Virus record (IMG/VR): IMGVR_UViG_3300029309_000030
Location: 1 to 59,587 of that record
DNA: 59,587 bases
Strand: one strand, 5' to 3'
Source of the DNA: a virus
Taxonomy: Duplodnaviria; Caudoviricetes
Shown here: positions 39,478-48,140 of the stretch, one piece after another
Layout of the letters: each line of letters opens with the position of its first letter
Numbering within the stretch: position 1 is the stretch's first letter
Position numbers and translations under genes: made by a program
The notes under the pieces: generated by a model
Databases searched by the model: none
Told to the model about the DNA's origin: nothing
What the model saw: the letters and a program-made list of their open reading frames with translations, nothing else

Positions 39478-40118
39478 CTCATCCCCATCATCCTACCCAT
39501 GAAACTACCCGCAGCAGTGCCTGCTCTGTTCATGAATCCTTCATCCTGTAAAGCAGCGCTTAGCGCACCGCCCATCATAGACTGCTGTGCCATTGCTACA
39601 ATCTGCTGTTGTTGCATTTCGGCGTTTTGTATGTTTTGCTGACTTGCCATTTTGAGGGCATTGAATTGGTTGGATACATTTTCTCCACTCATAGTCTGTA
39701 GATTCTGAGGCAAACTTGTTACATCCATCTGCATAGTACCGCCCTCTTCGTCAATAACAAACTTGGCATTTTTCAGTATCTCTAAAACTGAAAAACTAAC
39801 TAAATCATTGAGTAACTGTAGTAATGTTTGCATTTGTGTGCCCGCAATGAATCTGTCAGCAGGCGCTAGGCTTTTCATCAAAGCCAACAATATATCAGTT
39901 TCACTAGGTGGCATCATAGGTTGACTCATCATGCCTTGTTGCATACCAGCGCCACCCATCATACCCGACATGAACGGATTTTGTGCAGCCTGCTGCATCA
40001 TTCCGCCTTGTGGAGCAAATGGATTTTGGGTCTGACCCTGTACAGGCATTTGTCCCGGTTGACCTACGCCTAAGTTTAGTTTTCCGCTACTTTGCTGATT
40101 GTTTCCGAATAATCCCAT
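39474..40118 (-). CDS. Gln/Met/Gly-rich protein
   Basis: 214 aa with low-complexity ends and a helical core; AGGTGA RBS. Confidence 0.65.
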   Translation of the reverse strand: MGLFGNNQQSSGKLNLGVGQPGQMPVQGQTQNPFAPQGGMMQQAAQNPFMSGMMGGAGMQQGMMSQPMMPPSETDILLALMKSLAPADRFIAGTQMQTLLQLLNDLVSFSVLEILKNAKFVIDEEGGTMQMDVTSLPQNLQTMSGENVSNQFNALKMASQQNIQNAEMQQQQIVAMAQQSMMGGALSAALQDEGFMNRAGTAAGSFMGRMMGMR

Positions 40119-40126
40119 TATATCAC

Positions 40127-41152
40127 CTATTGTTGAGGGAGGCTCATCTGTTCTGATTGTTCCAAGGTGTTTTGATTGATAACACCATTGGTTGTATTAT
40201 TTACTGCCATACCAACCGAGCCTCCGGCACTTGGGACGACATTTTGTGTAATTCCTAAATTAGCAATCGCATCACTGAGTTGGGGATTGGCTGCTAATAT
40301 TTCTTTTTGAAATAACCTCAAATCGAAATATATTGCAGTTATATCATTGATTCCGGTTTCTGGGTTTTTGTAATGCATTAGGCTAATACCGGCCTGTGTC
40401 TTAGAATCTTTTTCGAGTTCCATAAAGAACGGCTCATACTTTTTTAGAAACTCAGGAGTGTTATCTTTTTTCTTGACTATAGAAATTGGCACTGCGATTG
40501 TTGATACACCCTTTTTAACCATCTCTTTCATACCAGTTTTAGTCTTATTATGCTCTTTGTCAGCCTCTAGTTCCCATTTGCACAATAGATGGTAAAGATG
40601 CAAGTGCTCAGGACAATAAGTACCTTTCATTTTCCTACCGTTAGTCACTTGCTCTCTAGCAACAAACGGTTCCGGTGTTTGTGTCACCGGATTTCTCCAA
40701 TACAAATCCCAAAGACTTTGACCAGACTCTTCGTCAGTGATTTTTGCATAGAGATTATCATACTTGATTAGTTCTTCGCAGTTGCATCCGTCAACCACGC
40801 ACAAGTTACTCTGTCTGTTGTAACGGTATTTGCGACCCCATATCCATCTGATGGGGTTATACCAAGCCCGTTTTGTCGGTGTTAATAATTTTCTAGCCTG
40901 CTTAATATCTTGCTTTCTTGCTTTTCTTGGGTCAGGATGTCTACTTGGATAAAAATTAACTTTTGGTACTTCGATGTTTTGTTTAGTTGCGACTTCTTTC
41001 ATACCCTGTTGTGCTGCTTGCATCTCAAGCAACTGCTCATGACTAGCGTTACCCTGCTGTCCCAATGCTGCTAAATGAGCCTGACTCATGTTTGCCAAAT
41101 TTACATCGCCCTGTGGCACCCTTCCGTATCCTCCAAATCCCCAATTGTTCAT
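40127..41152 (-). CDS. Hypothetical protein with Cys/His cluster
   Basis: Likely start MNNWGFG after AGGTGA RBS (track start 41200); CVVDGC...YCPEH possible zinc site. Confidence 0.6.
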   Translation of the reverse strand: MNNWGFGGYGRVPQGDVNLANMSQAHLAALGQQGNASHEQLLEMQAAQQGMKEVATKQNIEVPKVNFYPSRHPDPRKARKQDIKQARKLLTPTKRAWYNPIRWIWGRKYRYNRQSNLCVVDGCNCEELIKYDNLYAKITDEESGQSLWDLYWRNPVTQTPEPFVAREQVTNGRKMKGTYCPEHLHLYHLLCKWELEADKEHNKTKTGMKEMVKKGVSTIAVPISIVKKKDNTPEFLKKYEPFFMELEKDSKTQAGISLMHYKNPETGINDITAIYFDLRLFQKEILAANPQLSDAIANLGITQNVVPSAGGSVGMAVNNTTNGVINQNTLEQSEQMSLPQQ

Positions 41153-41160
41153 CTTATCAC

Positions 41161-41880
41161 CTAACTTAATAAATCCAACATCGTATTTTCTACATTCCAT
41201 CCTATTTTTGTTGCCATCATACCACGCTTTGTTGGCACCCCAGCCTTTTGAAGCCTAACCAAATCTTCTCTAAATGGGTCAAATATTTTATGTTCGCCCA
41301 GTCTTTGTTGTTGCCAAAGCACATTCGCTTGCTCATCCCACCACTGGTCAGCCTTGTTAGCAACTAACATAATTAACTTTGGTGCATATTTTTTACCTCT
41401 GAACCAAGCCTTGAATTTACGATAACGATATTGTCTGTGTAATATAGCATCGACTAAATACTTGAAGCCGCCGACGGCCTGTACTGCCTCATCGCCACCT
41501 TTGCCACTTCTGTGGTCAATTAAGAAAATCACCGCTTCTACTTGTCTATTGACCAAATCGTCAACCCAAAGATTCCAAAAGCGTTCTTCACCACCAATGT
41601 CAGAAGAATAAACTACTCTCGTATCGCCTTTGTAGGTGACTCGCTTTCTACTTGGTCTGGGTAACAAAAAATGATTAATGCCGGGGACCTTGAAATGTTT
41701 TGTTCTGTCTGCTAAAGGTATTTCTTCCATTTCTCCCGGCGTAGTCATGTATCTGTCTAAAGTAGTTTTACCTACCATAGTAGGTCCATACACTCCAACC
41801 TTCCTTGGTTTCCAATAATGCCACAACTCTTTAGCAAATACCACTCCACCAACAAGAGCAGAACCACCTAATGCTGACAT
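41161..41880 (-). CDS. Small Ras-superfamily (Arf-like) GTPase
   Basis: G1 GPTMVGKTT, G3 DIGGEERFWNLW, VIFLID, G4 ANKAD, G5-like MATK; hydrophobic/amphipathic N-terminus. Confidence 0.8.
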   Translation of the reverse strand: MSALGGSALVGGVVFAKELWHYWKPRKVGVYGPTMVGKTTLDRYMTTPGEMEEIPLADRTKHFKVPGINHFLLPRPSRKRVTYKGDTRVVYSSDIGGEERFWNLWVDDLVNRQVEAVIFLIDHRSGKGGDEAVQAVGGFKYLVDAILHRQYRYRKFKAWFRGKKYAPKLIMLVANKADQWWDEQANVLWQQQRLGEHKIFDPFREDLVRLQKAGVPTKRGMMATKIGWNVENTMLDLLS

Positions 41881-41889
41881 AATTACACC

Positions 41890-42138
41890 TCAATCGAAAA
41901 TAGAGTTAGACCAACTCTGTAATTTTTCTTTCAACCAGTTGCCTGTAGATTCCCAAAGGTTCCAATCAGTATAATATTCAAAAGCACTGATAGTAAAGGC
42001 TGTTGCTGTAGAAAAAATCACTACTTTAATCCACCCCATACCTCTTTCATAGGCCACATCAACAGTATTCGCTATATGCATACTCCTCAAAGTTTCTTCA
42101 ACAGCATCGTCGCTGGGAGTCTTGAAGATTCGACCCAC
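41890..42138 (-). CDS. Small single-TM membrane protein
   Basis: WIKVVIFSTATAFTISAF hydrophobic segment followed by an amphipathic Trp-rich tail. Confidence 0.6.
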   Translation of the reverse strand: MGRIFKTPSDDAVEETLRSMHIANTVDVAYERGMGWIKVVIFSTATAFTISAFEYYTDWNLWESTGNWLKEKLQSWSNSIFD

Positions 42139-42144
42139 TTAGGT

Positions 42145-42699
42145 TCACTCCTTTTTCTTGTATCTACCATCAGCGCCTCTAACTTTACCAGACTTGTCTT
42201 GCTTTTCTTCGGCAAAGTCAACCCCAAGTGTCAACGGATTCTTTGCTTTAGGTGTTTCGGGAACAAAATCGGCGGTTCCTAAAGTATCACCATACATTCG
42301 AGCCTCTATCCAAGGGGGAGTTTCGCCCGGATGCTCTTCCATCCACTTTAGTTCAGCCTCTAATTGGGCTTCTTGCATACGCATTTCCATGTCTTGTCGC
42401 CTACGGTCAAAGGTAAACTCCATACTTCGATATCGGTTTCTGCGCTCTCTTTCTTGCGCTGCCATTCTTGCTCTTTCATCCATGCCTTGTTGAAAGAACA
42501 TTTTGAATAAATAATAGGCTAACCCTTGAACAGCAAATGCTGCCATGGCGTAGGTGACCCCGTTGGTAGTAGGATTGTCTAAATCAATCCATAGCGCAGC
42601 GTCAAAAACACCTACTGCTATACCTATACTCACTGCTTGGGTCAATATAAGACCCATCAATCTAATCTCTGCTTGGTCGTGCTCACGATTGGCTTCCAC
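42145..42699 (-). CDS. Membrane protein (2 TM) with cytoplasmic coiled coil
   Basis: Two TM-like segments, then RMAAQERERRNR...MEMRMQEAQLEAELK. Confidence 0.65.
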   Translation of the reverse strand: MEANREHDQAEIRLMGLILTQAVSIGIAVGVFDAALWIDLDNPTTNGVTYAMAAFAVQGLAYYLFKMFFQQGMDERARMAAQERERRNRYRSMEFTFDRRRQDMEMRMQEAQLEAELKWMEEHPGETPPWIEARMYGDTLGTADFVPETPKAKNPLTLGVDFAEEKQDKSGKVRGADGRYKKKE

Positions 42700-42778
42700 A
42701 CTAATCCCTCTCAGTCAGTCCACCTTTGATATCATAAATAAAGTGATACTATAAAATTTTAAGTATAACTAAAATAAG

Positions 42779-42819
42779 ATGGGTCGAAGTTTGCGAGAGG
42801 GTTGCTCCCTCCGACCCAT
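42779..42819 (-). terminator. Branched stem-loop in intergenic region (possible terminator/processing structure)
   Basis: Minus strand ATGGGTCGGA...TTCGACCCAT 10-bp stem with inner AGGG/CCCT hairpin, followed by CTTATTTT. Confidence 0.4.
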
Positions 42820-42847
42820 TAATGCTATGCACTAATATGTCTTGAAA

Positions 42848-44227
42848 TTAATCGTCTTTATTTTCAGAATCTAATTTTTGCCTTTTACCATTCTTTGAAG
42901 GGCCGGGACCTGCTTTTGAACCAATAACAATAACCATACCATGAGCAGGTTTCTTGTCATCTTTCTTTTTCATATCCTTAGCACCCTTACCATCAGCAGC
43001 AAACTTTGGTACTTTCTTACCACCATGTTCGACCATCTCTAAGCCTTCTGCTTTTCTTTCTCCCATGCAGTGGGCTTTACCCAAACAATCTTTTTTCTTA
43101 CACGCCGAGCACTCTGCTTTCTGTTCTGTACCACAGTGCGCTTTGTGTATTCTATACTTAATTTCGCTTATCATTTCGTTTCCTAATCTATTTGTAAACA
43201 TATTATCACTCTTTAGTAATCTGTTAGCAATGTGCATTTCTTCCCCGGTGGCCACTGCCTTACCGCCGTATTGTGCGCTGTCCTCCACTCCCTGCCATAT
43301 TTTTTTCCGTCTGGTAGGGTCTTGGTTACCCAAGACTGGAGTATTAGTTGCGCCAGTTGCCCCGGCTGATGATGTAGAAGAACCGTAGCCAGATGTATCT
43401 ACGCCACCTGCGCTAGGTAGAGCACCTTGTACGAATGGTGCGACAGCGGCAAGGGCTAATTCGGGAACACCTTGCTGTATACCTTGTCCTATGACTTGCG
43501 GTATTCTTGCTGCTGTTCCATATTGCTGATAAGCAGTAGGTTGCTGAGCAATCTCGTCTAATCTACTGGCTTTTCTTCCTAACTTATTGCTTCGCCTAGC
43601 AGCCTGTGCTGCTAATTCAAACTGCGCTTCGGGTGCACGAGATGCAATGCGTTGATTTAATGCATTGACATCTCTGAAATTGATAGGAACGCCTGCTTCC
43701 CGTAGACCCAAAAGTTCGTCACGCTCAGCACGAGCGGCCATCCGGTTTTGAACAGCCCCCCTTGCGTCAGCCGCTGTTCTTGTCGATGCTTCTCTTGCAG
43801 CCTTGGCTCTGTTGGCTGCTCGTTGTGCTCGCTGTGCTCGACTTAAACCAACAGTACTCCTTGCACCTCTGGCAATCCCCCCTGTAATAGCAAGTGGATT
43901 AAGACCTTGAAGTGCACCGAAAGCACCACCTGCAAGTCTACTTCTCCCGGAACTACCTAATTCGTGGTCCATAAGTATACCACCAGTAAGAGGGTCATGA
44001 AGCGCAGCGTCTGCATGAATACCGGGGTCAAATTTACCAGTTTTTGGATTGATGAATCTGCCACCAGCACCGCTATAGGCACCTAATAAACCAAACCCCG
44101 CTCCAACTGCCAAAGGGATTAAGGGAACAATTTTTTCTATCTTATCATCGTTTTGTAACAACGACCATGCAGAATCAATCGCATATGATGATTCCGACAT
44201 GTTCATTCGCACGACACCACTCATCAT
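42848..44227 (-). CDS. Ala/Gly-rich protein with degenerate leader (AIDSAWSLLQ), TM-like segments and basic C-terminal module
   Basis: IVPLIPLAVGAGFGLLGAY hydrophobic stretch; ATGEEMHIANRLLKS internal motif; KAHC repeats. Confidence 0.65.
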   Translation of the reverse strand: MMSGVVRMNMSESSYAIDSAWSLLQNDDKIEKIVPLIPLAVGAGFGLLGAYSGAGGRFINPKTGKFDPGIHADAALHDPLTGGILMDHELGSSGRSRLAGGAFGALQGLNPLAITGGIARGARSTVGLSRAQRAQRAANRAKAAREASTRTAADARGAVQNRMAARAERDELLGLREAGVPINFRDVNALNQRIASRAPEAQFELAAQAARRSNKLGRKASRLDEIAQQPTAYQQYGTAARIPQVIGQGIQQGVPELALAAVAPFVQGALPSAGGVDTSGYGSSTSSAGATGATNTPVLGNQDPTRRKKIWQGVEDSAQYGGKAVATGEEMHIANRLLKSDNMFTNRLGNEMISEIKYRIHKAHCGTEQKAECSACKKKDCLGKAHCMGERKAEGLEMVEHGGKKVPKFAADGKGAKDMKKKDDKKPAHGMVIVIGSKAGPGPSKNGKRQKLDSENKDD

Positions 44228-44378
44228 AAGCCTGTTGGATAAATTGATAATGGTCAGCAGCCTCCATCAATAAACTGAGGCTTTGTGAAGAGCCATCACA
44301 GTGATGCTCTATCTTGCCCAAATTCCACAAAGCAACATGTAGCATTTCTTCAAAGAGTTCTTTCCACCAGTCCATCAT
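44175..44378 (-). CDS. Small hypothetical protein
   Basis: 67 aa, coupled to the upstream stop (TAATG). Confidence 0.45.
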   Translation of the reverse strand: MMDWWKELFEEMLHVALWNLGKIEHHCDGSSQSLSLLMEAADHYQFIQQAYDEWCRANEHVGIIICD

Positions 44379-46123
44379 TACAATCTACCTGTGGTAACGA
44401 GAACCAACTCCCGGTCAATAGGCTTTGTGCTTTTAAGCGTACCTCTTTCCTTGAAATGACGGGCTCGGTTAGTATGCGGGTCTTCTGCAACCAGCGTATG
44501 CCGCTTAGTATGACTCATGTCAGGGCCACCCTTGCCGTAAATGCCTCTTCTTCGTCGCTCACGATTTAACTCTTCACGATATTTTACACGCTCAGGTGTA
44601 GATTCATACTTTTTGTCATACTCTAACTTATGACGCTTAGCCTCTGGACTTACCGGATTCTTGAGAAGTCGCCAAGAAAGGTCTATTGGCTCACCTGCTT
44701 GTATCATTTCTTCTTCCTGTTCTTCTAACATAGGTGAATCTTCCATAAGTCCAACTGGAGTATTCAGATAATCTGTCATTCTTTGCTTCATTCTGCCAAA
44801 CTTGCCCGTAGGTAAATCTGGATTACCTCTTACATCTCCGAACCCAGAACCATACTGATTTATTGTAGTAAATGCTCGTTGAGTTTTTGGAGGTTGCATT
44901 TCAAACATGTCGGGTTGTTGTCTAATTCTACCTTGTAATACTCTTACAGAATTGTTCAAAACATTGAAATCATTTTCTAACTGAGGGGTTCGCCTACCAC
45001 CGGACATCATCATAGTCTCTGGAATTCTCGAAACAAAATCTTTGGCTTTTTGCTGAGATAAAGGGAACGGTAACTCTCCACCCTGATAAGAAGGTGGGCG
45101 AGCCATAACTTGAGAATCCGGTTTAACAAACTTACCTGTCAAATAAGGAACTAATAAATCTCTAATTGTAGCGTTGGGATTATTTCTTAGATGAGTTTGT
45201 AACAAGTCATAATCCATTTCGGTAGGTAAGTGACGAGCGTAGTCACCTCGCCTAACTGATTTTATTATCGAGTTCATTTTTTGCACAAGCACTTGAGCAA
45301 GGTCTGGCTCATACTGCATGGCATGCTCAGTGCACATATGATGGGTATAATCTACGCTTCTTAGCGGGTTGGCATACCTTGCTTTCATCATAGGAGGATT
45401 GTTACAACCGGGTATCGTGCAAGTTTCTGGAGCGTCTACGCCTAGCATACTACCCACACTAATTAACTCTGGAGAAGCATCAGGCATGTTTTCAGGAAAC
45501 TCGCCTTGTTTCAATACCAGCACTGATTTTTTCATTTGTTTAGTTTTCTTTTTCTGTTGTTCGATAAAGTTTCTATAGACACCGGCCTCTTTGGTTTTAC
45601 CCATCTCTCTTGCCCTTTGTTCCATGGCAATGGCTGCCTGTGTTTTGTGAGCGTGACTGCGACTACTATTTTTGATTTTACTAACTGATTGCTTTGCTTT
45701 AGCCGGGTCTTTGAAGCCAAGCCCGTGAATAGTACCTTTTGGATTCTCATCAGTATACAAATCGGAATGTTTCTTCGAGCCTGCGGGCTGACCTTTCTTA
45801 CGAGGTATACGAGGTGCTTTTATCAACACGCTTTTCACAACTGTTGGTTTACCACCAACTCCTTGTTTCTTGGCTCGCTTACGCTTGGTCGCTGCTCGCT
45901 TTTGTCCACTAGTCATCTCGCCGCTAGTCTTTGGAGTCTTACTCGATACTCTTACACTTGGTCGACACTTTGGATAACCTTTACTACCTTTCTTGGCTTT
46001 CGACCTGCCACAAGGTGGGTGTTTACCATCTTTACCTCGACGACTGACATCAACCCACTTTTCTTTGAACCACCTGTTAAGGTTCTTGACAATAAGAACA
46101 TCATGACAGGTGCATTCTGACAT
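44378..46123 (-). CDS. Modular basic polyprotein-like ORF
   Basis: Distinct modules (RWFKEKWVD..PCGRS..YPKCRP; KKHSDLYTDENPKGT; Zn-finger; HNH-like DMSH..NRAR) separated by VVKS/LIKA/VLKQ/IIKS/LLKN. Confidence 0.7.
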   Translation of the reverse strand: MSECTCHDVLIVKNLNRWFKEKWVDVSRRGKDGKHPPCGRSKAKKGSKGYPKCRPSVRVSSKTPKTSGEMTSGQKRAATKRKRAKKQGVGGKPTVVKSVLIKAPRIPRKKGQPAGSKKHSDLYTDENPKGTIHGLGFKDPAKAKQSVSKIKNSSRSHAHKTQAAIAMEQRAREMGKTKEAGVYRNFIEQQKKKTKQMKKSVLVLKQGEFPENMPDASPELISVGSMLGVDAPETCTIPGCNNPPMMKARYANPLRSVDYTHHMCTEHAMQYEPDLAQVLVQKMNSIIKSVRRGDYARHLPTEMDYDLLQTHLRNNPNATIRDLLVPYLTGKFVKPDSQVMARPPSYQGGELPFPLSQQKAKDFVSRIPETMMMSGGRRTPQLENDFNVLNNSVRVLQGRIRQQPDMFEMQPPKTQRAFTTINQYGSGFGDVRGNPDLPTGKFGRMKQRMTDYLNTPVGLMEDSPMLEEQEEEMIQAGEPIDLSWRLLKNPVSPEAKRHKLEYDKKYESTPERVKYREELNRERRRRGIYGKGGPDMSHTKRHTLVAEDPHTNRARHFKERGTLKSTKPIDRELVLVTTGRL

Positions 46124-46659
46124 TAATTAAAACCTCTTATTCTCTTCAAATCACGAGCGACTTCTTCGTCAGTGACAGGTTTGTTAGTTTTGCGACGGTA
46201 TGAATCAGGTACAATTGATTGTCTAGCAGCGCTTCTTATTGTAGCAAAGAAGTTCTGTAATTCTTCGTCACTCATTGGTGTATTGAAATCTCTTGGTTCG
46301 TCACTAGCAACGGGCGGTGCGTTAAGTTGGGCTTCGAGTGCTGCTGCCTGTTCTCTAAACCTACGAGCATCGCCGGGGTTGCGAGAAAAGTCTGCTTGTG
46401 TATTGAGGTCAAGAACTTGTAAATCTGGCTGTGTTTCATAAATTCTAGTTCCACCAAGAGAGGGGAAGCCGCCAAAAAAAGGACCGGGTTTTGCGCCACT
46501 AGGTCCGTAACCTAATGTATTACCACGAGGTGTATAGGTTTCTCGCATTTGCTGCATAGTTTGAAAGTGCCTCATGTCTTTTTCTGGTGTATCTTCAAAG
46601 TCTAGCACGCTAGGTTGAAGAGCCTTAAGGACAGACCAAGCAGATTCAAACGGATTCAT
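46123..46659 (-). CDS. Hypothetical protein with leader MNPFESAWSVLKA
   Basis: Leader motif; coupled to neighbours. Confidence 0.7.
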   Translation of the reverse strand: MNPFESAWSVLKALQPSVLDFEDTPEKDMRHFQTMQQMRETYTPRGNTLGYGPSGAKPGPFFGGFPSLGGTRIYETQPDLQVLDLNTQADFSRNPGDARRFREQAAALEAQLNAPPVASDEPRDFNTPMSDEELQNFFATIRSAARQSIVPDSYRRKTNKPVTDEEVARDLKRIRGFN

Positions 46660-47303
46660 TTCTTCTCCCCCTTTTTCTTACGGAATTTGCCTCGGCAGTA
46701 TTGCACCGCCCAGCCGTTCGCATAAGCAGAGGGGTAAACTTTGAACTTACGCTTGGCTGCTGCTTTACCAGCAGGGCACAACTTTTTTTCTAAGAAGTCA
46801 AATGCATTGTCTATACCAACACAGTGCCCACAATCGCAACCCTTAGCCATGTCATCGGTAGGCTCGTGAGTATAGATGTCGCCATCTTCGTGAACAAATA
46901 TTTTACCTTGACGAATCATATCGTTAAGAGTAGATTTTAATTTTTCTTCATCGGGCACCACCTTTCTAAGATTTTTCATACCCAAAGCGCCACCTTCTTT
47001 TTCTATTTCACGCAAGATAACCTGCTCAGTATCTTCCATAGCCTTTTTCAACTGAGGATGAAACTTCATAGTTACCTTTTTAGCATCTTTTTTGACTGAT
47101 TTACCGTCGACTAATACTTCGATTGGATATGGTTCGTGTTTATCATACCAATAGGCCATTTCGTAGCCACCGTTCTTTAACAGTTTAACAAGTAAGCCTC
47201 TTTCATAATCTTTATCTTCGGCTTGAAGCACCATTTCTTTACCTCTCGGTAAAGTCAAATCTGGGTCTTTTTGCTTCTTTAGAAGTTCCCACCACGCTGT
47301 CAT
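46656..47303 (-). CDS. Modular protein with leader MTAWWELLKK, winged-helix-like middle and basic C-terminal module
   Basis: Probable start ATG 47303 (TAATG coupling); C-terminal LCPAGKAAAKRKFKVYPSAYANGWAVQYC preceded by DNAFDFLEK. Confidence 0.65.
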   Translation of the reverse strand: MTAWWELLKKQKDPDLTLPRGKEMVLQAEDKDYERGLLVKLLKNGGYEMAYWYDKHEPYPIEVLVDGKSVKKDAKKVTMKFHPQLKKAMEDTEQVILREIEKEGGALGMKNLRKVVPDEEKLKSTLNDMIRQGKIFVHEDGDIYTHEPTDDMAKGCDCGHCVGIDNAFDFLEKKLCPAGKAAAKRKFKVYPSAYANGWAVQYCRGKFRKKKGEKK

Positions 47304-47644
47304 TAACAATTCCACCTTTTCAATGCCGCACCTTTCGGTGTCAATTTGCCACCTTTACTAGTTGGACCCTTAACTCCACTCATACGAGCGCAGAACGATT
47401 TACGCCTCTTGGCTTTCTTAGAGCCGGGTTTGAGTTTACTCGGTTTGGTTGTAACTGGTCTTTTCAGGTTTGCACCTGTTTTGCGCTTAGCCTCAGCACG
47501 ACCTTTAGCACTCAGGCCGCCTGTCCGAGCATGTTTCTTTTTATTATAGCCATGGAACGGTTTTGACTTTGCTTTTAACACTTCAAAAGCGAGTTCAGCG
47601 GGACTACAACAGTCACAAAACTGAAACTCAAAGTCTCCGCCCAT
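47303..47644 (-). CDS. Small highly basic protein (DUF6321-like)
   Basis: GGLSAKGR...NLKRPV...RRKSFCARMSG...ALKRWNC; preceded by ELAFEVLKA. Confidence 0.65.
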   Translation of the reverse strand: MGGDFEFQFCDCCSPAELAFEVLKAKSKPFHGYNKKKHARTGGLSAKGRAEAKRKTGANLKRPVTTKPSKLKPGSKKAKRRKSFCARMSGVKGPTSKGGKLTPKGAALKRWNC

Positions 47645-47679
47645 ACTGCGCCTAAGTAAGAACTAAACAAAAAGATAGT

Positions 47680-47750
47680 GGTCGTGCGGGGAAAAGAGGT
47701 TATAGGATGAAGAAAACCGAACATCAGGGAAATACCAAAAACCGCAGACC
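47680..47750 (-). ncRNA. Putative ~71-nt small RNA
   Basis: TTTATATA box starts 29 nt upstream; terminal stem GGTCTGCGG/CCGCACGACC; pyrimidine-rich loop; downstream TCTTTTT. Confidence 0.45.
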
Positions 47751-47780
47751 AAACTCGGCTTTGCTTTCGTATATATAAAC

Positions 47781-47924
47781 TCAACTCATGTCTAAAGTAA
47801 ATTCACCGCATTCTGTACAGAACCAAGCGATACCACGGAAGATGCCCGACTTTTTGATGTAAACCCGCTTTGTGGGATGGTAGCCACAATGAGAACATTC
47901 CTTACTTCTTTGTTTGCCTTTCAT
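47781..47924 (-). CDS. Small zinc-finger protein (47 aa)
   Basis: MKGKQRSKECSHCGYHPTKRVYIKKSGIFRGIAWFCTECGEFTLDMS; AGGTGA RBS. Confidence 0.6.
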   Translation of the reverse strand: MKGKQRSKECSHCGYHPTKRVYIKKSGIFRGIAWFCTECGEFTLDMS

Positions 47925-48090
47925 CTTTTTCACCTTGCTTCAACTTCTCCATGGCGTTGTATCTGAGTACTCTGACCATCGAAGACAAATCTTTGACTTC
48001 TGACTGAGTAGATTCTAATTTTTTAGCAATAGTATAGATTGCCAAGGCTAAAGCGACTATACTTAGGCCAGTAATTAAATCCCAGAACAT
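47902..48090 (-). CDS. Small TM + coiled-coil protein
   Basis: Likely start MFWDLITGLSIVALALAIY (track start 48144). Confidence 0.55.
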   Translation of the reverse strand: MFWDLITGLSIVALALAIYTIAKKLESTQSEVKDLSSMVRVLRYNAMEKLKQGEKDERQTKK

Positions 48091-48140
48091 GCTTGTGGGT
48101 AAACGATACCCTACTTGAACTTTGGTGTCACTTAGTAACT

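Noticed and set aside
47680-47750. Possible tRNA (71 nt, ends near ...GACCA)
   Set aside because: No D-arm, anticodon arm or TTCRA T-loop geometry; kept only as a generic sRNA candidate.
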